From a virus (Duplodnaviria; Caudoviricetes): DNA of 59,529 nucleotides. Location: positions 1 through 59,529 of IMG/VR virus record IMGVR_UViG_3300032257_000014; one strand, written 5' to 3'. A program made the position numbers and the translations under genes. Positions 40,143 to 46,024 of this stretch are shown one piece after another. The stretch's first letter is position 1, and every line of letters starts with the position of its first letter. The notes under the pieces are model-generated. The model searched no databases, was not told where the DNA came from, and was given only the letters and a program-made list of their open reading frames with translations.

Positions 40143-41925
40143 TTAGCACCTCCTGAATATCATCAATTGAAGCATTGTTTTTAATACTAGTTAACTCAGC
40201 CCAATTCTTACCAATTTCACCAACACACTCGTTAGGCACAATTGTGTCCTCGAGGTAATCAGTATTCATGATTGGAACTAGTGTGTCATTCAACCACTTA
40301 ATGGATTCAGCATCATCTTTAACGTAGATGTAAATTGAATCATAAATTGTTGAATGCGGTATTACAGCATCTGCCATACCTTGTTCACGCGCTTGATGAT
40401 TTAACTCATTAACAGCAATCAAAGTAAGTATGCTCCAGAACTGACAAGTAGCATTATGTAATGTTCTTATCTGTCCAGCGGGATCACTAGTGTATAACCT
40501 GCAACCAAGACCCAAGTGAATGTACCCTTGTCGTTGTGCGGTTTTGAGTACGTAATTTTCTCTGTAGTCAGTAATACCAGGATATAAAATATTATGGTAG
40601 TTATCAAAAATTTCTTGAGTAATAACACCACCTTTGTCTGCATCAGGGTAACCCCCATACGCAAGCTTAAAAGTTGGAGCTTTAGATATGAATCGAATAT
40701 GACCAAGTACATCATTACCGTCATCAACGGCTTTTTTAAACTCTTTAACATATGCAACATTATCAGTGTTCTCCCCAAGTTCTTTAGCAATATCATCTGG
40801 AAAGTAACCACAAGCATTCAATGAATGACCGTCAAGCCCTTCCAAGAAGATATTACACTTGTTGGTGTCACCAGTTAAATTAGCTATGCCACGGTCTTCT
40901 AATGCAGCGTAATCAATTGCGTAGATTAGATAACCTTCAGGAGCTTTAAAGCATTTCTTTAAAGGCTTAGCATAAATAGATCGTGTACTAGGCATATTAA
41001 GTAAATTAGGATTGTTACTCGTATTACGAAATGACTTAGCACCAAACAATTTAATGTTTCCATGCAACACACCGTCTACAGTAAACTTATCAAATGCTGT
41101 TAGAAAGTTACTACTTATAATGCTACTGAAAGAATAATCTATCATTGCATTAAGTACATTTAACAAATCACCTTCAGGTGACATCTTAGCTACGAGTTCA
41201 ACTTGATCTCTTCCCCATGAAGCTTCACCAGTATCTTTACTATAAGCTAATGGTTCAACCTTAAGCATTTCGAAAAACTCTTTCATCTGCTTATTACTGC
41301 CCGGATTAAACGGATCTAGTTTCACAGGTTTCTCAGCTTTTTCGTAACGAGGACGATTCCATAATTCTAATTTGTATTCTGCTAGTGCTACCATTCCTGC
41401 TTGCACATCAGCATTATTGGTTAATCTACGTTTATCACAGATAGCACCAAGAAACGGGTCTTTAAGAAAAATGTTATATGTTTTTAAATCTTTTAATACC
41501 CACTTGTCACGAATATCTTTATTCTTATGAATTTTTTTCAAGTAAGTATTAACTATCCAAGTACGGTGTATAACATCTGAACTTTTAAAGGGTTTTAAAT
41601 AGTAATCAAGTTCACGAACTGATTGAGTACACTTTTCCGCATAAGCTCTTTGAGCATATGGTAGTCGTTTAAGTTGAAATTGTTGTATAAGAGGATTGTC
41701 CTCTAATCGTTTTGCAACATCATCCAAAACTGTATGGACAGTATCACGTAATTTATTTACAGCATCTTTATCGATGTGCAATCCAGCATCCATCATCTGA
41801 ATCATGTCAGGTATGAAATGCTTAACAAAATTGTTATAAAAGAAATCAGGTTCTTTCTTATCTAGATCCACAGTTGGATCAAAATCTTTAGGATGTGGTA
41901 ATGGTAAAAATTCAATTGGACGCAT
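40132..41925 (-). CDS. polA: Family A DNA polymerase, polymerase-domain subunit
   Basis: PNLLNMP, motif A IDYAALEDR, DGHS, motif B RFISKAPTFKLAYG, NATCQ, motif C IYDS. Confidence 0.92.
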   Translation of the reverse strand: MRPIEFLPLPHPKDFDPTVDLDKKEPDFFYNNFVKHFIPDMIQMMDAGLHIDKDAVNKLRDTVHTVLDDVAKRLEDNPLIQQFQLKRLPYAQRAYAEKCTQSVRELDYYLKPFKSSDVIHRTWIVNTYLKKIHKNKDIRDKWVLKDLKTYNIFLKDPFLGAICDKRRLTNNADVQAGMVALAEYKLELWNRPRYEKAEKPVKLDPFNPGSNKQMKEFFEMLKVEPLAYSKDTGEASWGRDQVELVAKMSPEGDLLNVLNAMIDYSFSSIISSNFLTAFDKFTVDGVLHGNIKLFGAKSFRNTSNNPNLLNMPSTRSIYAKPLKKCFKAPEGYLIYAIDYAALEDRGIANLTGDTNKCNIFLEGLDGHSLNACGYFPDDIAKELGENTDNVAYVKEFKKAVDDGNDVLGHIRFISKAPTFKLAYGGYPDADKGGVITQEIFDNYHNILYPGITDYRENYVLKTAQRQGYIHLGLGCRLYTSDPAGQIRTLHNATCQFWSILTLIAVNELNHQAREQGMADAVIPHSTIYDSIYIYVKDDAESIKWLNDTLVPIMNTDYLEDTIVPNECVGEIGKNWAELTSIKNNASIDDIQEVLNAL

Positions 41926-42166
41926 CGGATTCCTCTACTACTACTCTAAATTTTCTTCTTGCTGACTCACCACGCTGACTTACAGCGTAGTCATTAAGTT
42001 CAGTCCAAAATTTAAGTCTTCTTTCTACTATTTCTTGAGTTGGCCATGATTCTAATACTTCAAATGGTGTATCTACAAGCTTAGAAGAGTAATGGCAACC
42101 GTTGTAACATCTACGTTGAGGATCAGTATTCACCTCATGCTTTATACTAGTCATAATCTTATACAT
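41912..42166 (-). CDS. Hypothetical phage protein between the two polymerase genes
   Basis: 84 aa, TDPQRRCYNGCH motif, overlaps both neighbours. Confidence 0.6.
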   Translation of the reverse strand: MYKIMTSIKHEVNTDPQRRCYNGCHYSSKLVDTPFEVLESWPTQEIVERRLKFWTELNDYAVSQRGESARRKFRVVVEESDASN

Positions 42167-42816
42167 TACATATCCTCCATAAAACCTTTGATGTCATACC
42201 AAAGTTTAAATGTTGCTGCACCATCAATAGAGCAGTAGATTAAAAACTTCGGATCTTTATTACTTTCAGGTTCGTACTCATTGTAGAGTGACCATGCAGG
42301 AGCATAATATGACCCCATCAGGTCTTTCAAACCAACCTTAGATTTCCATACGTCAACATGATTTGTTAAGCATTTAGCTAACAGTTGAGTGTCTTCGTAA
42401 TTCTGTGGAAATTTACCGATACGGTGATACATAATTTTTAAATCAAATAATGCATTGTGTATTAGTAATAAACCTTTGTACTCTGCAATCCACTTCCAGA
42501 TAAACATTTCTAATTGTGGGTTATCACATACAATTATTACACTCTCATTTTCAGACAACCCGAATATGAAATGTGTAACACTTACTAACGAAGGGAAACT
42601 CAACCCACTGTTGAAAGATACTTGCAGTGCAATACTCTTTTGGTCAACAGGTAGATTTTCACCTTTCAAATAATCTTTAGCTTCTTTACGATCAGCCTTA
42701 GAGTAAACACCCTTAGTTTCCGTATCGAAACTCATTATTTCACGCTTACTTAGTTCAGCGAGTATTTTGCCTACATGCCAACGATTACTATAAACTTTGA
42801 AATTTACATCAATCAT
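42166..42816 (-). CDS. Family A DNA polymerase 3'-5' exonuclease subunit (DEDDy)
   Basis: ExoI FDTET, ExoII HNALFD, EDTQLLA...GLKDL, ExoIII YCSIDG. Confidence 0.9.
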   Translation of the reverse strand: MIDVNFKVYSNRWHVGKILAELSKREIMSFDTETKGVYSKADRKEAKDYLKGENLPVDQKSIALQVSFNSGLSFPSLVSVTHFIFGLSENESVIIVCDNPQLEMFIWKWIAEYKGLLLIHNALFDLKIMYHRIGKFPQNYEDTQLLAKCLTNHVDVWKSKVGLKDLMGSYYAPAWSLYNEYEPESNKDPKFLIYCSIDGAATFKLWYDIKGFMEDM

Positions 42817-43081
42817 ATTTATTCTTCCAGGCGTGAGCTAGTTGAACTTCAAACTCTCTATCACTAGCAAGTTTTAATATAGTTATTGATTCTTCTACTT
42901 CTTGGTCAGTCCAGTCATCTCTACGAGCTAACCACAACAAACCAATAGTTTTACAACCATTTTCTGTTTGTTCTTCAGTCATCTGAAGTCTGTTCAACGT
43001 AGCTTTAAAGTACTCTGAACTTAATTCCTTGAATTGTTCATATGTCGTAGAATTTAAAGTTAAATCATGTGCTTTACTCAT
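42809..43081 (-). CDS. Hypothetical protein
   Basis: 90-aa ORF with RBS in the - strand operon. Confidence 0.55.
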   Translation of the reverse strand: MSKAHDLTLNSTTYEQFKELSSEYFKATLNRLQMTEEQTENGCKTIGLLWLARRDDWTDQEVEESITILKLASDREFEVQLAHAWKNKYD

Positions 43082-43083
43082 AG

Positions 43084-43146
43084 TTACTTACCTTCGTAAA
43101 CCCAAAGCACAGCATTACACATTGCATGAACTGCACCGATAGTTTT
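43084..43146 (-). pseudogene. Orphaned alternative 3' end of the endonuclease VII gene
   Basis: Translates as KTIGAVHAMCNAVLWVYEGK*, versus TVGVTHAYCNAVLWQYHNE* at the end of ORF 43845-44162. Confidence 0.8.
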
Positions 43147-43148
43147 AT

Positions 43149-43766
43149 TTAATTTCTTCTTGATATTTTTGGTAGTAAATGTTCATATTCTTTTAAATAG
43201 TCTTTACAAAACTCAACCATATCTTCAATAGTTTGTCCCTTAGGGTGACGACTAGCGAACAACTGTAAATTTTCTATTCTATTATCGTCTTTAATACCGT
43301 TCATGTGATGAACTGTCTCTTCTGGGTATAAATCTCTACCTATATGTTTAGCCATTACTAAACGATGCTCAAGCACATCTTTTCCATTTATGCTTACATT
43401 TCTATATCCTTGTTTATTAATCCATCCAGTAGGTTCTGGTGGAGCGTCAGTATGCCCATATTTTATGAATCTTTTATGGTGTTTAGAGCAAAATCCATCA
43501 TTATACGATTTATGTGTGTTACAACCGCTAACACTACACTTTACAGATTCAAACTCTCCTTTAAATTTAGCCCTACCGTAATGAGAATGACAGTAACCCT
43601 TTGCTGAATGCACTTTGTTACAGCCTTCTACTGTACAGAGCTTAGGAGCTTTCCAACGCTTAATTTTTTCAGTTGTTCCAGTACGCCTAAGTCTTGTTGC
43701 ATGTGTTTGGCATAAACCTTTTGCTGCATGTTTTTTACCACAACCTTCAATGCTACATAATCTCAT
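43149..43766 (-). CDS. HNH endonuclease with three CxxxxC...CxxH zinc-finger repeats
   Basis: CSIEGC/CTVEGC/CSVSGC repeats; EHRLVMA...VHHMNGIKDDNRIENLQL. Confidence 0.9.
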   Translation of the reverse strand: MRLCSIEGCGKKHAAKGLCQTHATRLRRTGTTEKIKRWKAPKLCTVEGCNKVHSAKGYCHSHYGRAKFKGEFESVKCSVSGCNTHKSYNDGFCSKHHKRFIKYGHTDAPPEPTGWINKQGYRNVSINGKDVLEHRLVMAKHIGRDLYPEETVHHMNGIKDDNRIENLQLFASRHPKGQTIEDMVEFCKDYLKEYEHLLPKISRRN

Positions 43767-43790
43767 AATCTGTAATACCTTAGTTATAAT

Positions 43791-43828
43791 GTGTGTGTAT
43801 ATTATACTACACTCACCATGAACTACAA
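43791..43828 (-). promoter_or_regulatory. Sigma70-like promoter with the -10 box in a hairpin loop, upstream of the HNH gene
   Basis: TTGTAG-16 nt-TATAAT; arms GTGAGTGTA/TACACACAC flank TATAAT. Confidence 0.55.
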
Positions 43829-43844
43829 CTGTATAGACTACTAT

Positions 43845-44162
43845 CTACTCGTTATGGTATTGCCATAATACTGCATTGCAGTATGCATGGGTAACCCCAA
43901 CGGTTAAATCAGTGTCATGATCATGGTGTAAATGTACTGGGTTATTTAAAAATCCCTCAGGGAATAACCCCCAATCAATTTTTAATTTCATTATTGGTTT
44001 TGGTGGATCTACATCTAATTTATTATTACAATAAAAGCATCTACCGTTTTGTTTTTTAACATATTGTTCTCTGACTGCTCTACGAATAGCCATAGGAGTT
44101 TTGCTGTACTTAATAGGCAATTCATACTCTACCGTTTTTGATAAATCTACTTTAGCAAACAT
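43845..44162 (-). CDS. Endonuclease VII-like protein (His-Me finger, possible resolvase)
   Basis: QNGRCFYC...HLHHDHDTDLTVGVTHAYCN. Confidence 0.8.
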   Translation of the reverse strand: MFAKVDLSKTVEYELPIKYSKTPMAIRRAVREQYVKKQNGRCFYCNNKLDVDPPKPIMKLKIDWGLFPEGFLNNPVHLHHDHDTDLTVGVTHAYCNAVLWQYHNE

Positions 44163-44179
44163 ACATTACTCCAAAATTA

Positions 44180-44369
44180 GGTCCCCAAGGAGAGACTCGA
44201 ACTCTCACGTTTATCTAGATTCAGCCATAGTACCAACTGCAGCGGGTACTATAATTCACACCTAAATTTATATGCCAGTAGTTATGTCCAGCAACTCAGC
44301 TTCACAGTAAACCCAACAACTTATGCGCCTAATCTAGTAGGGTGCGTCTACCTATTCCGCCACTCAGGG
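44180..44369 (-). ncRNA. tRNA-Leu-like RNA with a ~110-nt inserted domain
   Basis: Acceptor stem CCCUGAG/CUUGGGG + A73-CC; Leu-type D arm UGGCGGAAUAGGUAGACGC; T arm GAGAG-UUCGAGU-CUCUC; 190 nt in total. Confidence 0.75.
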
Positions 44370-44381
44370 TTAAAACAAATA

Positions 44382-44865
44382 GTAGTGATCGAACAGTCGC
44401 TTAGAATCTAACCGGCACATCTTCGCTTAAGGCAACTTATCCACTACCTGGCCTTGACAGGTTACTGTGGAGAAGGTTCAAAGATACCCTTCCTACCTTT
44501 TCGTTGACCACTACGTAAAAATTTATTAACGGGGATTCTCACTTACACTGACAATCGTCAGCTTTCGCCATATGGGAGGAACACAGAACCCACATTCCGT
44601 GCTGAGAAACCCCTGTTGATAAACTCTTTAATTAGATGAGTGTGTCGCATACGCTTCGGACCTTGCATGTCGTAGATTTGCACTCGAGGAAATCAGCCTC
44701 TACAGCAACACACTCAATTTTAATTTGTGCGGGTTGAGGACTTACACCCCTCTAAGGACACCCGCTGCGACCTTACTCTTCCGACTCACCAGAGCCTATC
44801 GAGATCTATTACCAACGCTTGCCTTTCAAGTCGAAGCGATACTAAGCGAAGTTTGGTAACAAATT
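44382..44865 (-). ncRNA. Array 2: four stem-closed structured RNA units (44382-44514, 44522-44623, 44637-44716, 44722-44865) upstream of the tRNA-like RNA
   Basis: No - strand ORF; GC-richer than its flanks; terminal stems such as GUAGUGGUC/GAUCACUAC and UGAGUGUGUUGC/GCGACACACUCA; A/U-rich spacers. Confidence 0.65.
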
Positions 44866-45036
44866 TTAACTGTCAGCTATATAAACACGTTTATACGAGT
44901 ATGTATTTTCAGGAGGATCTCCTACTGGAACATCTCTGGTGTTTTTTAACTTACAATCAGCTATAGCTTTTTCTTCATTATAAAAAGCTCTTGTTATAAG
45001 AATATCATTTTTAGTTAATATGTATATAAGTTTCAC
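44866..45036 (-). CDS. 56-aa hypothetical protein (not in the ORF track)
   Basis: GAGGA RBS, GTG start, MKLIYILTKND...KRVYIADS. Confidence 0.5.
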   Translation of the reverse strand: MKLIYILTKNDILITRAFYNEEKAIADCKLKNTRDVPVGDPPENTYSYKRVYIADS

Positions 45037-45037
45037 G

Positions 45038-45217
45038 TTATAGTTCCTCTATTCCATTTAAACCTGTAAGTTCATTCCATTCTTTTTCACATGCAGGATT
45101 TAAACACTTAACATGGTCAGCATAGTCATTCCATATACCATGTTCAGATTCACAATAAGGACAATGATCACCCTCATTATCAATATATGCTTTAATTTGT
45201 TCATCAGTTAAAGCCAT
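45038..45217 (-). CDS. 59-aa zinc-ribbon protein (not in the ORF track)
   Basis: GGAG RBS; CPYC...CLNPAC. Confidence 0.6.
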   Translation of the reverse strand: MALTDEQIKAYIDNEGDHCPYCESEHGIWNDYADHVKCLNPACEKEWNELTGLNGIEEL

Positions 45218-45219
45218 AA

Positions 45220-45633
45220 CTACTCCAGTAATCCATCAAGTGAATTATCAAAAAATGTACCACTAATGTTATCATTCAAGTACTCAGTACTAAATATTGC
45301 ATTGTGGTGAAACATTAAAGCAGCCTCTAAATATGTTGCAGCTTTTTTAGTACTACATTGGTATAAGATTTCTTTAACGCTAATAAGTAAATCATCAGAT
45401 GTACCATGACTACCTTCATAGTTAACAAATTTAAGCTTAACTTTTTCTTTACGAACATAATTCTTACGAATTTTTAGTTGAGCTTTAGTAGGTTTTAATC
45501 TACGTATAGATTGAACAGTTTTCTTACCGATGTATTTTTGACCATTGGTGTACTCGATCATATAAACGAAATTAGTACAACCAGGTAAAAGATCATCATG
45601 GCAATGAACTTCTTTACCTTTAAACATCCACAT
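45220..45633 (-). CDS. GIY-YIG nuclease (Seg-like short form)
   Basis: NFVYMI...KYIGKK, YEGS, YLEA, YLNDNI. Confidence 0.8.
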   Translation of the reverse strand: MWMFKGKEVHCHDDLLPGCTNFVYMIEYTNGQKYIGKKTVQSIRRLKPTKAQLKIRKNYVRKEKVKLKFVNYEGSHGTSDDLLISVKEILYQCSTKKAATYLEAALMFHHNAIFSTEYLNDNISGTFFDNSLDGLLE

Positions 45634-45868
45634 GAAAATCCCTTATTCCATTTAACCATTCATAGTAGTAATCATTACAAAACCATGTATGGCCAGGGTC
45701 TAAGGCAAAAACTCTACGAGAATTGGAGTCACGACTGTAAGTAGCTCTTTCTGCTATTCTACTTTTAGTGCCTTTGTCGTAAAACTCTTCATACCCTATG
45801 TAGATTCCCGTTCCATGCTCCAGTTTGTAACGCTGTCCTATTACCATAGGTGAGAGAAAAGTACTCAT
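45620..45868 (-). CDS. Hypothetical protein
   Basis: 82-aa ORF with GAGG RBS in the operon. Confidence 0.5.
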   Translation of the reverse strand: MSTFLSPMVIGQRYKLEHGTGIYIGYEEFYDKGTKSRIAERATYSRDSNSRRVFALDPGHTWFCNDYYYEWLNGIRDFHVDV

Positions 45869-46024
45869 TTAACTATCCTCTATAAGCTTTTTAGATTCTT
45901 GTACACAATTACTGCATATAGTTTTGTCTTCACCATTACTAAACAGAATAGCTACTTCAGTTTCATTGGCTCCACAAAAACTACATTCAGCAGACACATC
46001 AGATTCAACTTTAACAACTTTCAT
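45869..46024 (-). CDS. 51-aa stand-alone ClpX C4-type zinc-finger protein (not in the ORF track)
   Basis: CSFCGANETEVAILFSNGEDKTICSNCVQES matches the ClpX N-domain CSFCG...EV..L......ICxxCV; coupled (TAATG) to the helicase-primase stop. Confidence 0.75.
   Translation of the reverse strand: MKVVKVESDVSAECSFCGANETEVAILFSNGEDKTICSNCVQESKKLIEDS

Noticed and set aside
41912-42166. Group I intron or homing endonuclease interrupting the DNA polymerase
   Set aside because: The ORF overlaps both flanking genes, leaving no non-coding intron core, and it has no HNH, GIY-YIG or LAGLIDADG motif.
44180-44369. tmRNA or intron-containing tRNA
   Set aside because: No G3-U70 alanine pair, a D stem is present, and there is no convincing tag ORF; the 109-nt insert is too short for a group I intron and shows no recognisable core.
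44787-44941. Long-range inverted repeat CACCAGAG/CTCTGGTG extending array 2
   Set aside because: One arm lies inside the small coding ORF 44866-45036, so it may be chance.
44727-44966. 79-aa + strand ORF over array 2
   Set aside because: Antisense to the operon, no RBS, and overlaps a better-supported - strand ORF and RNA structure.
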